Below are positions 1 through 13,590 of a DNA stretch of 64,000 nt, piece after piece. This stretch comes from Octopus sinensis (Eukaryota), in the NCBI RefSeq assembly GCF_006345805.1, contig NC_043003.1:91574001-91638000 (forward strand), read 5' to 3'. The stretch's first letter is position 1, and the number at the start of each line of letters is the position of its first letter. The notes under the pieces are model-generated. The model saw only the letters and a program-made list of their open reading frames with translations. It had not been told where the DNA came from and ran no database searches. The position numbers and the translations under genes were made by a program.

Positions 1-353
1 TAACTTAAATATTTTTTGTTTTTGTCTTTCCTTTATTACTCAGAAATCCAATACCTAAACTATTTTCACTCACAGAAGATCTTCACAAAATTTTGGACCA
101 ACTTTCAATTTTATCTTACAAGAGCTCACCTTAATAATTATTTGTACAGAATAACATACTTATTGGTATTATTATCTATGGTTGACATCTAATAAAGATT
201 TGGAATTTTTAGCATTACCTACCTATTCCAAACACATTCATGAATGCGGATCAAGTTAAAATAGCTTATACTGAGAATCAAAATTTAGTCACAAATTTAG
301 CTCACTAGTAACATATCACACCATTATGAAAAGAAAACCAATGTGGTATTTAC

Positions 354-485
354 CAGAGTTAAAATCCAGTTTGGTCAGTTGGAGAGCATAAGCTTCACAA
401 TCCTTCTTGCTAAAACTAAACACAATTACAGGAGCAAAGTTTCTTTCCATAATCATCTTCACAATTTTGTAGCAGTTGGAATTAT
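354..485 (-). CDS. MTREX: MTREX exon 10 (132 nt)
   Basis: [44 protein letters not shown]; donor G|GTAAAT. Confidence 0.96.
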
Positions 486-1380
486 CTGAGGTTTCAACAA
501 AAAAAAAAGAGAAACTGTAGGTTTTGATTTGTTTTTAACCCTTCTGATACCAACCCACCTGAGACCGCCTCCACTTCTATGACAAAATCCCTCAATCATC
601 ATCATCGTTTAACATCCATTTTCCATGCTAAGGCAAATTTAAGCTAAAATTTTCCACCATAATTTTATGAAAAAACATTTTCAAGTTATACGTTCCAAAT
701 ATATCTATCTTAATAATGAAAACCTTTGTTACTTCACTTAATTCCTTTTAATTAATTTAAACAGAGTAATTCATTAAAAGTATGGTCATCAAAGGACTAA
801 TATATTCAAATAGAAAAGATTTATGAGAAGGAAATGTTTTTAATAAGTTGCTCAACACCAACTAATACTGTTATTAAATAACTTCAAACAAATTAAATTG
901 GGATTATATATATATATATATAAAATCATCATCATTGTTTTAATGTCTACTTTTCCATGATGAGACAGAGTTTTCTCTGACCGGATTTCCTTCTTGTTGC
1001 TATCCCCCACCTATTTCCAAGTGATATAATAATCTCTGTCTATCAAAGAATACCTTGCACATGTTTACATGGAATACCAAAACAAAATAACATTGAAATA
1101 AGCGTTTTTTGTTTACAATTGTTGCACAACTTCTCAAGAAGCTCAGATATGCATTCATAGGGGAATGTAAGCAAATAACACCATTAGTGAAGGTGTTACT
1201 TACAACCAAAGAATGAACACACACACATACATGATGGACTTATTTTAGTTTCCATCTACTAAACCCATTCACAAGGCTTTGGTTTGACCAGTTGGCTATA
1301 GTGGAAGATAATTCTGCAAGGTGCTGTGCAGTAGGAGTGAACCTGAAAATTCTTAACCACACAGCTATGCCAGTAACTAT

Positions 1381-1414
<34 letters not shown>

Positions 1415-4400
1415 CGTCCATATAGAGATTTAACTTACCTCTGACATTGCCTTTCCTTCCACGAAGTCCCATATCTCCTCGAGCGTTTCCCCCAGCTTCT
1501 TGTAAAACTTGCATGGCAGTTGCAAAATTCTCTTCTCTAAATTCTCCCTGGCATATGTATATAAGGAAACAGAATATTCAGTTAAACCATTGTGTGTGTG
1601 TTTGTTTTAAGCTTTAAAATACCATTATAACAGGGGCATACTTACATTCTCATCTACCACTAAATGAATGCCATCACCACCTGCAGGGAAGATGTAATGT
1701 TGCAATGGAGTTGGTCGATAATCAGTGTAAACAACATGACATGGCTGTAAAAAAAATACAAAGATACAAATATAGAAAGTTTGGGGACATATTTTCCATA
1801 AGGAGTCAAAAAAAAGGTTTCAAAAGTTAGTTATTTGTTAATTTTGATTCTGCTATCTCTCACAAAATTTTACTGTGGAAGTGGTGCTTAATATGATTGA
1901 TTTCTGACAGAGTAATTTATCGAGTGGCCTGGCTCTCTGTTGGTTATGATGAGTGTTCCAGTTGGTTCAATTAATGGAACAGCCTACATGTGAAATTAAC
2001 CTGCAAGTGGCTGAGCACTCCATAGACATGCATATCCTCAACATAGTTTTCAGGGAGATTCAACAAGACACAGAATGTGACAAGGCTGGCCGGCCCTTTT
2101 GAAATACAGGTACAACTCATTTTTGCCAGCTGAGTGGACTGAAGCAATGTGAAATAATTTTTTGCTCAAGGACACGATGCACCACCAGGAATCAAACTCA
2201 TAGCTTAATGATTGTGAACCAAATACCTTAAGCACTAAGTCATGTGCATTTCAATTCATCAAGTAATTCAGATCACTTGTAGTTCAACTATTTATATGTT
2301 CACATTCATGTGATATGTTCCTGGACCAGTTGGTTCAAAGAGCTAAGATCAAGCATCTGATATCACACATAAGGATAAATAGTGATAAAGATAGTATGGA
2401 TATTTCCCATATATCTAAAAAATAATGTACGAATACAAACTTCATATTAGAGATGAAAATATTTAGTTGTAATAGAAAAACTGAGGGTTACAAAGGAAGG
2501 TGAGTGAGTATTAATTGGTACTGTTTACAATCTGTACTGTCATCATCATTAACCTCGCTTAACAATTTAGCATTTAAGCTGGCCATATCAGGACCAAATA
2601 TTTTACTTTTTTTTTATGTTGATAACATTCAAATCTGGCCTCTCACATCTACCCTACAATGTCATTCTAAAAATAAACAGTCACATCATGAATATCTCAA
2701 AGCTATGAGACGATGCACGATTAACTGAAAACAATGTAAATAAATAAGCAATACTTTTGACAGTGTAAGTAATCTGAATGCTAAAGGGTTAAACATCCAT
2801 TTTTCTATGCTTGCATGGATCACATGGAATTTGTTGAGGCAGAGTGATCAAATTAACAACTACTAAGATGAACTTCAAAATCAAGCCCAAACTAAAAATA
2901 AAGCAATGTTTAAATGTTCTGACATTAAAATGAGTTCACTACAGAAATGTCCATAAACATCATTGAGAAGATGACAAAGTACCAGGATGGCTCATAGCAT
3001 GCAGTTCTTGAAAAGACTCGCCTAGCATGGAAAAACTGAGATCCTGTAAGATTGTGTATCTATGTATGCATATGCTGTAAAGTTCCTGGCTTTAAGGGTA
3101 TCGAGAAAGGCCTAGTTGGAGGCCCAACCTTCTGAGTTCTTTCATTGAGCTTAGAAAAACTGAAGGACTAGTGTAGTAAGTGAGTGAATCTGAGAAGGGA
3201 ATATGTTGAATAAAATCATAATTAACCGATCCTCTTGTATTTTCTTTTACCCAAAACCAGGAACTTTTCAGCACTCACTCATAAATGTACAACTGCCCCT
3301 ATCCCTTTCCTACTCAAAACATTCCCACTGCCATGTACTAGTCTGCTGTTGTAGTGAAATGTGAGCAGAAAAGCAAACTTCAGTTCTTCCCCACCAATAC
3401 CACTTACCCCTCTTACCATCTGGAATCATTTCACTGTTATGCATCTTTAACACTTTCTTTTCCATCTACATTTTAGATTGATCACCTTCCTCATCCACCA
3501 AATTATTTCTCTTCCCACCCATCAGTCACTTCCTTCTCCATTCACTACATCGCCCCCACACTCTTACGACCTACTCCTCAACCATATATGAATTTCCCTC
3601 TCTTTTTCACTCCTTGTCTTCTCTCCACTATTCTTCACACCACCACTACGCCCTCTTTTCTGCACTGTCAGTCACCTCTTCTCTCCTATTAATCATCCCT
3701 CAACATTTGTTCATAATATTCACCATCTCCTACAACTGCTACCCACCCACACTTCCACTCACCACATATCTTGAGGTCCACCCTGATAGCTTATCATCAT
3801 TATTTTTCTCTCCAGTTCCACTGTCCACTCCCACCCCTTCTATAGCTATGTAAATCCCCTACAATAAGAAACTTGTTCTCTTCTGGCCTTTTCTCTTTCA
3901 CCTTAACCCTTTATCCCATAGCATAAATCTGCCTCCCTCTCTACTAAACTTCACATAGTCAAAGGGGATGTTAGTCTTGCAGGCTGCATAGTGACTTCAC
4001 TAGTGGTCATGTGACAAAAAAAAAAAAAAAAAAGAGGGACCCAGTAGACACAGTAAAGCAGTTGATGTTAGGAATTTCAACTGTAGAAATTATGCTGGAG
4101 CAGACATCAGGGCATAATGCAGACTCTGGACCCATCAGATCCTGCCAGCTAGTCCAACCCAGACAGCATGGAACATGGACATTAAATGATAAGGATAATT
4201 AATCTATAAGTACATTAGTCCATAAACATGACAACATACAATCTCAAATATTTCCAGAATTCTTCCCTTACCTGGTTATGAAGATGACATATCCACTCAG
4301 CAAATTGTCGTGCATTAGGGATAGTGGCTGATAGAAATACATAGTGTACATTATCAGGAAGAAGAATAATGGTTTCTTCCCAAACAACACCTCGTTCTGC

Positions 4401-7400
4401 ATAGAAACAAAAGGAATTTAAATGATAGAAGAAAGTATTATTGAGAGAGAGAGAGCTGTAACAGGATTACAGGCAAGATAACAAACAAAATCACTGAGTC
4501 AAAGGAAAAAGAGCAATAATAAAAGTAACACACCTTTATCTCTCATATAATGAATCTCATCAAATATCACCCAAGCAACTTCTCTCATGATCTCTGACCC
4601 TCGATATAACATACTTCTCAAAATCTGTGGAGAGAATGTTATTGTAATTACTATAATGCTTGTCAGTATTAAAATGTAATTGTTTATAATTAACAAAGAA
4701 AAATAAAGAGCTGATATATAGATGTATTGGTAAGAAGTGTCAAAGCATTTGAAGATGCAGAGAATAAGCTAACAGACAAGAAAACCTATACATTTCATTG
4801 CTGTTTCAAATGTAAATATATAAAATTTCTAATAAAAATACTTGAAAAACAAGCTTCTTACATAAAAATTATCATCATAATGGAAAGTTTTAATTTTGAT
4901 ATGAATATGTTAAAACAGGCAGGTTTTGAATCACAAAACCAGAAATGGTCTCAATTAGGTTAGTATCAAAAGGGTTAATTTGATTGTTTTGTAAGTTATA
5001 TCCATCTGACTTGAATCGTATTACATTTAACCCAAAATAAACAACAGATCCTAATATGTTAAAAATGATTTGCAAGGCAGTAAAAATTTTATAACCTGCC
5101 AACAATTAAAGTGTCTTCAATATCTCTCTCTGGTTCATTGACCTAGAGGTATAAAAGATAAAACTGAACTTCAAGACGTTGTTTTAATTTACCTTATGTA
5201 GTATGGCATCAGAAATATTTCAGAAGGCAAGTAAAACGATGACACCTTGTCAAGGACAACAATATATGTGAAATAACTAATAATTAAAACAAGGCTGTTG
5301 ATACAGCTTAGCTTCAGCTGTACTAAAATCATAAAAATTTCAAACTTAAGTGCTAGTCAACAACTTTCTGAAGACCTAGGAATATGATGTTCATGACTTT
5401 CTGAAAGACTTAGATTTCAACTCGAAATTAAACTTTAACTCAATTCACAGGATTTCTTACTCTACTGCAATTGTTACTAAGCTACAAATAACAACAAAAT
5501 TATTTCTCTGTACAGCTATTAAATCTTCAGTGTAAATGAGCTTCTGCAATAAACAAAACAAATTAAAGAAACTTACTTCAGTTGTCATGACTAAGCAACT
5601 AGCAGTTGGGTTGATAGTTACATCTCCGGTCATCAAACCAACATCTTGAAACTCTTCAAACAGTTCTCGATATTTCTGGTTGCTTAATGCTTTAATAGGA
5701 GATGTGTATATAACACGTTGCTTCTTTTGGAGTGACATTGCAATGGCATAGCTGGAAATATAAATTGATAAATTCTCATTCTAACTGAAGACAAGAATAA
5801 ATTTATCAAAGCATACACAAACATGGTAGTAGTTGCTGCCACTCCACTGTCAAACCTGATGCAGCTTTCTAGCTTGCCAGCTCATGAAACCATCCAACCC
5901 ATGCCAGCATGGTAAATGGACATTAAATGACAATGATAATAATTTTTTTCCATCTGGTTTGGGTTGGATGGACCAGCAAATACAGCATTTCACCATGAAT
6001 CTCAATCCTACATCTTTTCTTTGAGGCTCAATGCTCTGATTTCTGGCTTACAATAATTTCATCCTAAGCCATCCTTCAACTGCTATACCACTGATCATTA
6101 TCATAATTTAACATAAATGTTCAAAGCTGGCATGGGTTGGATGGTTTAACAGGCTCCAATGCTTCCAAAAACTGCATTATACTGCAATGTGCCCTTTAGC
6201 ATGGTTTCTACAGCTGGATACCCTTCCTAACACCAACTATTTTACAGTATTTATTAAATGCATATTTCATGGCACCAGTACTCGTGAGGCTGCCATGCAG
6301 CTTGCATTACTAGGAACCCCAAAAGAAGCAGCTTTATGCTAGATGAGGGGTTAACGTATGAAATAAGAAGCCATAGCAGAACAGGTTTCTTGCAGTAGAG
6401 AAACTACATGGCTACTCACATTGTAGAAAAGATAGGTGTGATTGGGACTGGGCTGAAAAGAGATAAAAATAGTGATGATGAGGTGTCTGAGCGGACCCTC
6501 AAAGTAGAAGTGGAGTAGAGGCTGTAAGAGTGTATGGAGGATGACAGATGGGTTAGGGTGAGGGGTTGAATATAATGAATGAAAAATAAATGGTGACGAA
6601 TAAGGGGAGTTAGGAAGAGTAAATGACGACTCTAAAGTGGGCTCGAGAGATGAATGCAGAGAATGGTTGATGGGGGTGAACAGCAGCAGAATAATAATGC
6701 TCAATATAGTAAAGAGAGGAAGGATGAGAGATGCCATGTAAGTGAATAGGTTGCAACAGTGTTGCAAGAGGTGGGGGGAGACAGTTAGGCAGTGTGAAAC
6801 ATGGTGATAGGTAAAGAAAAATAATTTAGAGCCCCCTGCATATCCAAACCAACGCCGATATCTCTCCCATATTTCTAATGCCCACTCATTTTCTTAACTC
6901 ACACACAACCGTAAAATATTTTGTTGTTTCCAGACAGGGCACTTAATTTCATATACTTCAGTCCATCCAATCGTGAAGATTAAATGCCAGACACCAACAA
7001 AAACAGACCAACTGTTCTATCTAGAAAATTTACTCACACTAAATCTCTATTTTTCAGTTGGAATCTAAAGCAGGGTTATTTCTACCATATGTTAAAAGCT
7101 ACAGATTAAACATCAATTTCCAATATTGGCACAGGTTTACAAATTTGTAGTAAGTGCAATTGACTGAAATAATTGTATTTACTTGTGCTTAAATGGCACT
7201 ATTAATACTGAGAGGTAATATTTATCCCCTCTTAACATGGAGGTTCTTTTAGAACAAACTATACCATGCTATTACAAGAGTATATTTTGTACCAAAAAGC
7301 CAATCTGGGAGTTTCTCCCATGGTAACTACTGCATTGTAGTTTGTTCTAATAGAACGTCCACATTTAAGTGGGGATAAATTTTATACTTGATTTAAGTGA

Positions 7401-10400
7401 AGAACATGGAGGAGTGGGTGAGGCAAATTAATACATGGAGCAAAGCTATATCTATGAAGGCAGAAAATTTTATACCAAGATTTAACCCTAAATTAGGTGT
7501 ACAACTTATACATGAGCAAATACAGTACCTTAGTAGGTGACAAATACTTATTTCAAGGATACCTGTGAATGAAACATTTCAACATCTAACTTACAAATAA
7601 ATAATTGTAAGTCAAGGAATTAATGATTTTTGTTAATCTAAAATTTTTTATACACTTGTAAAAAAAAGTACTGTAAATTAAGGAGATCTCAAACTGTAAT
7701 ACTTACACAGCAACAACTGTTTTGCCAGCTGATGTGTGTGCAGATACCAATACAGACTGGTTGTTTTCTAAACATAAAAGTGCTTCCTTTTGGAATGGAT
7801 CAAGAATAAATGGAAATTCCTGAGCAGGTTTTTCAGGAGGAGGTTTCAAAGGAACAAATTCTTCATCAGGAGGTAGAGCAACCTGTACAGAGAGAAAGAG
7901 AGAGAAATTTAAAACACTTTCAATGTTATTATGAAAGCATAATCATTTAAGAAGCTGTCGTAATAAATTAAATGCTGAGATACATGATAAAAAAAAACCC
8001 ATTAATAGCAGTATTTAAATGATAATAAGTAATGCTCTATTGCATTTTTCAATAAGAGAATTTCAACAAATTGGTATTTTAATGCTTTTTTCACCATAAT
8101 TCTATTGAAATACATTATCTTTCTAGCAATTAATTACAAAAATAATGAAATATTTAGTAAAATAATTGTTGTTGTTAAGCTGGTGCTTGGGACATAATTT
8201 AACAGGAAATATTGATAGAAAGATGGATTGTATCTAAGAAGCAGGAGTGGCTTTGGGCAGGTTAGTATCAAAAGAATTAAATAAAGTGGCAAGCTATGTA
8301 AAAAGACAAAAACATGTCTTGAGCCGTAACTCTAGCCAGCTGTTTTATTAAATCAATTTAGAAAGGAATCACAAATACTGTAAGGCCAAAGATAGGCTGC
8401 CGCAACATAGACCAAATGGTAAAGAAAGTCAAAAGAAGTGTATGTTGGTGTGCTGCGAGAGAAATTAAACTAACATTTTAGGTTGAAAGCCTCAATTGAA
8501 GGATTATCAAATTGTTGCAGAGCATGCCTGTTTGTGTGTATGCACACATGTAGCTAGTACTTCAAAATCTGTATCAACATTGGAGTGCAAAAAATACAGA
8601 ATTTCTCTACAGAAACTTAAGGCATCATCGTCATTTACCATCCACTTTTTCATGTTTGCATGGGTCTGGTGAAATTTGTTGAGGTAGATTTTCAACAACC
8701 AGATGTGCTTCCTGTCACCAACCCTCAATATTTCCCAGATATTGTCCAGATATGCCCAGATATGTCTTTAATGGAAAACTGAAAACACCACTTGTATTAT
8801 GGTGATGCTTGTTTACAACCATCATGTGATGTCAAAACAAGAATACACAAAAACATATGTGCATGCAGACACACACACACACACATATATTAACAAGCTT
8901 CTTTCATAAGGCGGCGAGCTGGCAGAAATGTTAGCACACCAGGCGAAATGCTTAGAGGCATTTCATCTGTCTTTTTGTTCTGAGTTCAAATTCTGCCAAG
9001 GTTGACTTTGCCTTTCATTCTTTTGGGGTCAATTAAATAAGTACCAGTTACGCACTGGGGTCAATGTAATTGACTTAATCTTTTTGTCTGTCTTTGTTTG
9101 TCCCTTCTATGTTTAGCCCCCTGTGAGCAACAAAGAATAAACAAGCTTCTTTCAGTTTCCATCTCCTAAATCCACTTGCTAGGTTTGATTGGCTTGGGGC
9201 TACAACAGATGATACTTGCTCAAGGTATCATGCAGAACATAATCTCCAAGAAACTGATGAATTGGGTAAAAAGGGTAGGGACTGGACCAGGTTGTTAAAA
9301 ATAATCTAAGAGAACTCAAGTATACAAAGCATTGCTTAATATGGACAAATGATAAAAAAAGCTTAAAGAACTGAAGACTTGTCAAAAAAAATGAACAAAA
9401 AATAATAAGGGAACATCATCTAACTGTACAAAATGTATTACCTCATGTGTGCAAGACTCCAAAGTCTCAACTTTGTGGACCTGGATACGAGGCATAACTT
9501 CTGCAGCTGCACTAAAAAGAGAAAATTAAAATCAAGTTCAGTTTTAAGAGTTTGTAATCATTACTGCCATCATACACAAATTGGAAAAATGAAGTTAGAA
9601 AACATGAACATAAAATATAATGTACCACTATAATAAGGCTACTATGCTGTCTAGACCTACACTTTACAACAATATTTCTCACACACCTACTCAACACCTT
9701 TTCTGTTCCTCTATCTCTATTCTCTCTCTAATAGTCACCTTGCAAAAGATTGAGTTTACCCGTACAAATTTATTAAAACATAGTATCTACAGAATAGAAA
9801 TTAAATCCAAAATTTGTTGATATCTTAAAAACAGAATTGCTTCAACCAGATCTGCCTCCATAGAAACCCTTAAATCTAATTTATTTCCAGTGATGAAATA
9901 AATAAAACAAAAAAAAAGTCAAATTAGTATTTTTGAAGTTATAAATTTTAATACATTATATTTTACATTTAGTTGGAGTCAGTATATTTTCACCGATTCC
10001 TGTAAAATACTAAATATTACCAACTTGAACTCCACGGCTTTGCCTAGAACTAATGATAAACAACAGCTATGAGGTTAAGTGGATCAAATCCTTACATTCA
10101 TTATTTTTAGGGGTTCTTTTTGTTTTAAATACCCCCAAGAACTATTTAAAATGTTGCTGCTTATCTAAATTTTTAAAAGCTACCCAATTCATGTTAGCAT
10201 GGGAAACAGTTTTAAAAGATAGAAATGAAATTGAGTAAAAAGTTTACAGATATTTTTACAAAATTGTTTGAAGGAACTCAATACTTACGCAAAATCCTCA
10301 TGGTCAGATTTCAATTTCTTGGAACTAATCACATCAGGGTTGTCAATCTCTCGCTTTTTAACGATACTTCTGAGTAAATCCTCAGCCCTGAATAAGTTAA

Positions 10401-12920
10401 ATTAATGCAAATAATCACAATCATTTTTATGAAATATTTAATTACTTTAAGAATTTACAAACTTTTTCACTGACACTTATTATAATGGTGTTTATGATCA
10501 CAGAGTTATTAATTCAAATCAAGCTACAGCTGGTGTCAGCCGCCACTTCAAATGGTCTCACAAATTGCTATGTCTTTGGATGATGTATATGTACCATGTA
10601 AATATGAATGAGGAAAACAGTATGATTGAGGCAAGGTGAAGGAGAAATGGGAGAGTAATGACAGAGAGTAAGTGAGTCACTAATTAGAAATTATGTTTGC
10701 TGGCAAGAAAGAGTGCAAGTGACAGGTTGTTGGGATAGCAATGGTAAAACAGTGATGTCAATTTCAGGTGGCAAGCTGGCGAAATTGTTAGCACACCAGG
10801 TAAAATGCTAAGCAGCATTTGGTCTGTCTTCACATTCTGAGTTCAAGCTCCATTGATGTCAATTTTGCCCTTCATCCTTTTGGAATCGATAAAATAAGTA
10901 CCAGTTGAGCACTGTGTGTGTGTGAGGGGGGGAGTGACTTATCTCCTCCCCTGAAATTGCTAGCCTTGTGTCAAAATTTGAAACCAATGACAGAGTGATC
11001 TGAAGGAGAGGAAAGGGCAGCTAGTAGTACAGGAAGTAAACAGAGGGGTGTATTGAGGAATGGCAATCCCTTGTTACTCAGGCAATGGTGACTGGAGAAA
11101 TACATATGAACAATACGCAGGTGGCCAAGTGTAGCAAACAGAAGAGACAGACAACATAAGTGAAGATATTAAAAAGACAAGAGGGGCAGCAGATGGTGAC
11201 TTAGAAAGAATAAACTAAATAAAAGTCCAAACCTCCACCATTATCCAAATTTTAATGTGCATTTCACCATGTTTGCCCAAGTGGAAAGGTTTTCTTCAGC
11301 ATTGCCAAATGTCATAACCTTTTATCATCTTTATGAGGTGCAATATCTTGAAATTTTGTCTTCACCACTCCATCCCAAGTTTTTCTCAGGCTTCCTTTTC
11401 CCAAAGATTCCATTCACTTCAAGTGTGTGATACTTTACACAACCATCACAAGTTGTGGGAGTCAAGTATAACATTTTCAAATAACCAATGCTTCTTTGCA
11501 ATCTTCTGCAAAGACTTGATTCAACACAGGTAGTGCATTCAACAAATTTTTGCCTGGACATATTAAAGTTATGTAGTCTACTTTTCAGACATCGAGTAAA
11601 AAAGGGAAAGGATCTGACAAAATGTGAAGATAATCAACAACTCAAAGGGAAATCGCAAATATGACTTCAATGGTTCCAAATCAATTTGTTGGATCTTAAA
11701 CACCAAACCTTTCTTGCCATTATGACTATCTTCTTTTTTCTTCCCTTTCAGAACACCAGAAAGTTTATTAAAAGATTAATTTGGATTCCTTCATCAATTG
11801 TAGCACTTTCATTAAATCATATCCACCCGTCGAAGAAAGTCTAAGTAAAAAATTTGTGCAATTTGTAGCAATGTTTAAAGCTAATCTTATACTGGCACTA
11901 AACAAGACCTCGCAGAAATGAAGTTTTACGGTTTGGTAAGTGGCAATTTTTTGAAGTCTTGCTTTGCAAATGTACAAAATGCCTTGTGCATGAAGAACTA
12001 TTAAAAATTAGACTTTTTTTAAGTTCTTAAAGCATGTAATTAAAAGAATTTGTCAAACACTCAAGAAGCAAAAAAAAAAACACGAAACATTTAATGGTAT
12101 AATAGTCATTATAAACAAACAAACAGTAAACAAAAGATTATCTCTACGGGAAATGATTGTATCAACTGATATTTCACAAAAACTTTATGCTAATATCCTT
12201 TAAAAGCTCTTAATCTTTGGATCTCTATTTGGTACCCATATGTGCTGGGTTTAGTATTTTAAAAAATGGGCCTCCTAGCTTCTGAAACGCAATCGAAATG
12301 TACCTAAAAATAAAAAATACACGCGACAAATTCTAGGGCAATTTTAATTTGAAAAATGCTTTCGTTACAAAACAACATACAAAAAAAGCTTTAATACCCT
12401 TTCAAAGTACACAAATAGTAATGAAAGGGGCCATTAAGAATTTTCTTGAAAATTACGTTTGAGCTAATTTTTGTATCAAAAATTATTTCTTAAAAAAAGT
12501 TTTCTTTTAACGTTATATAAGGGCAGAAAAGAAATTTGTTCTTTCATTTTCATTTCATTAGATAACTGTTTAATCGGTCGGCTTCGAACGGATTAGAAAC
12601 GGACTATATGAAAGTCAAATGGACGGTTTAATAAGACACAATTATTGAAACTTTACAAATTTGTATAAAATAGAATTATAGTAAATTTAACATTTTTAGT
12701 ACTTGAAACGACGAAGGGGAAAATGGGACATGTACAACACGTGACAATATGAGAACGCATAAATATGAATATTATTTAATAATCATTATCAAGTTGAATC
12801 TTACCTTTGTGTATCATCAACCGATATTTTCTCTTCTTCATTTTTCTTTTCAGTTACTTTAGAATTATCAGCTTTCGACTCAAAAATATCGAAAAGATCG
12901 TCTCCGAAGGTGGACGCCAT
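354..12920 (-). CDS. MTREX: MTREX/MTR4 (SKIV2L2) Ski2-like DEIH-box RNA helicase, spliced, 5' part (exons 1-10, 1192 coding nt); continues beyond the left edge
   Basis: Ten GT-AG exons join in frame: [15 protein letters not shown]...SCTHEVALP...[11 protein letters not shown]...[12 protein letters not shown] (motif I)...[13 protein letters not shown] (Ia)...[17 protein letters not shown]...[20 protein letters not shown] (II)...FLSATIPN (III)...[17 protein letters not shown]...[13 protein letters not shown] (IV). These are the hallmark MTR4 motifs, and splice phases are consistent throughout. Confidence 0.98.
1439..1547 (-). CDS. MTREX: MTREX exon 9 (109 nt)
   Basis: [36 protein letters not shown]; donor G|GTAAGT. 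Confidence 0.95.
1646..1744 (-). CDS. MTREX: MTREX exon 8 (99 nt)
   Basis: [33 protein letters not shown]; donor AAT|GTAAGT. Confidence 0.97.
2559..2792. mobile_element. piggyBac-like MITE
   Basis: TTAA at both ends; right end AATCTGAATGCTAAAGGG-TTAA, degenerate left end TTAA-CAATTTAGCATTTAA. Confidence 0.55.
3069..3283. mobile_element. Mariner-derived MITE in an MTREX intron (second copy at ~14936-15128)
   Basis: Terminal inverted AAAGTTCCTGGCTTT / AAAACCAGGAACTTTT; the interior resembles a transposase 3' end (..NLRREYVE*). Boundaries approximate. Confidence 0.65.
4272..4396 (-). CDS. MTREX: MTREX exon 7 (125 nt)
   Basis: [42 protein letters not shown]; donor CAG|GTAAGG. Confidence 0.97.
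4534..4624 (-). CDS. MTREX: MTREX exon 6 (91 nt), DEIH box
   Basis: [30 protein letters not shown]; cag| acceptor and G|GTGTGT donor. Confidence 0.97.
5577..5751 (-). CDS. MTREX: MTREX exon 5 (175 nt)
   Basis: [58 protein letters not shown]; donor GAA|GTAAGT. Confidence 0.97.
7707..7882 (-). CDS. MTREX: MTREX exon 4 (176 nt), Q-motif region and Walker A
   Basis: [58 protein letters not shown]; donor GT|GTAAGT. Confidence 0.97.
9442..9511 (-). CDS. MTREX: MTREX exon 3 (70 nt)
   Basis: tttag|; [23 protein letters not shown]; donor GAG|GTAATA. Confidence 0.93.
10289..10387 (-). CDS. MTREX: MTREX exon 2 (99 nt)
   Basis: ttcag| acceptor; (R)[32 protein letters not shown]; donor GC|GTAAGT; phase 2/2 fits both neighbours. 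Confidence 0.85.
12805..12920 (-). CDS. MTREX: MTREX coding exon 1 (116 nt)
   Basis: ATG at 12920-12918; [38 protein letters not shown]; donor AG|GTAAG. Confidence 0.93.
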
Positions 12921-12940
12921 CTTCCAAATTACGGATGTGG

Positions 12941-12960
12941 CTTCCGGAAGTGACGGAAAC
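12941..12960. promoter_or_regulatory. ETS/GABP-type element in the compact TATA-less MTREX promoter
   Basis: CTTCCGGAAGTGACGGAAAC (palindromic TTCCGGAA plus CCGGAAGTG) lies 20-40 nt upstream of the ATG in a locally CpG-rich stretch. Confidence 0.55.
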
Positions 12961-13042
12961 AAGGGCGATAACCAAACAAAATATGTATTACTTTCATATT
13001 AATATAAAAACTGTATTAATTTATGGCTGTACCTATTTATTA

Positions 13043-13590
13043 TAAGGCAGTGAGCTGGCAGAAACGTTAGCACGCCGGGCGAAATGGGTAGCCGTATTTC
13101 GTCTGCCGTTACGTTCTGGGTTCAAATTCCGCCGAGGTCGACTTTGCCTTTCATCCTTTCGGGGTCGATAAATTAAGTACCAGTTACGCACTGAGGTCGA
13201 TGTAATCGACTTAACCCGTTTGTCTGTCCTTGTTTGTCCCCTCTGTGTTTAGCGCCTTGTGGGTAGTAAAGAAATATAATTATTATAAGGCGGTGAGCTG
13301 GCAGAAGCGTTAGCACGCCGGGCGAAATGCTTAGCAGTATTTTGTCTGTCTTTACGTTCTGAGTTCAAATTCTGCCGAGGTCGACTTTGCCTTTCATCCC
13401 TTTCGAGTTCGAAAAATTAAGCACCAGTTGTGTACTGGGATTGATCTAATCGACTTAATCCCCTACCCCAAAAAATTTCGGCCCTTGTGCATCCTTTTGG
13501 GGTTGATTAAATAAATACCAGTTACGCACTGAGGTTGATGTAATCGACTTAATCCCTTCCTCCAAATATGAGGCCTTGTGCATCTATTAG
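13043..13590 (+). mobile_element. Two tandem tRNA-derived SINEs with Nin/Deu-type central domain (family A)
   Basis: Heads AGGCAGTGAGCTGGCAGAA at 13045 and ~13288; B-box GTTCAAATTCC; central GCCTTTCATCCTTTCGGGGTCGATAAATTAAGTACC resembles the Deu/Nin domain; LINE-like tail at 13235-13275. Older copies at ~8905-9138, 10770-10910, 19082-19300, 19840-20045, 20560-20730 (-), 60800-60930 and 62880-63045. Confidence 0.85.

Noticed and set aside
11600-11977. Possible extra MTREX exon (tttacttag acceptor near 11841) and 69-aa ORF
   Set aside because: Exons 1 and 2 already join in phase; the segment has stops and adjoins a decayed RTE fragment.
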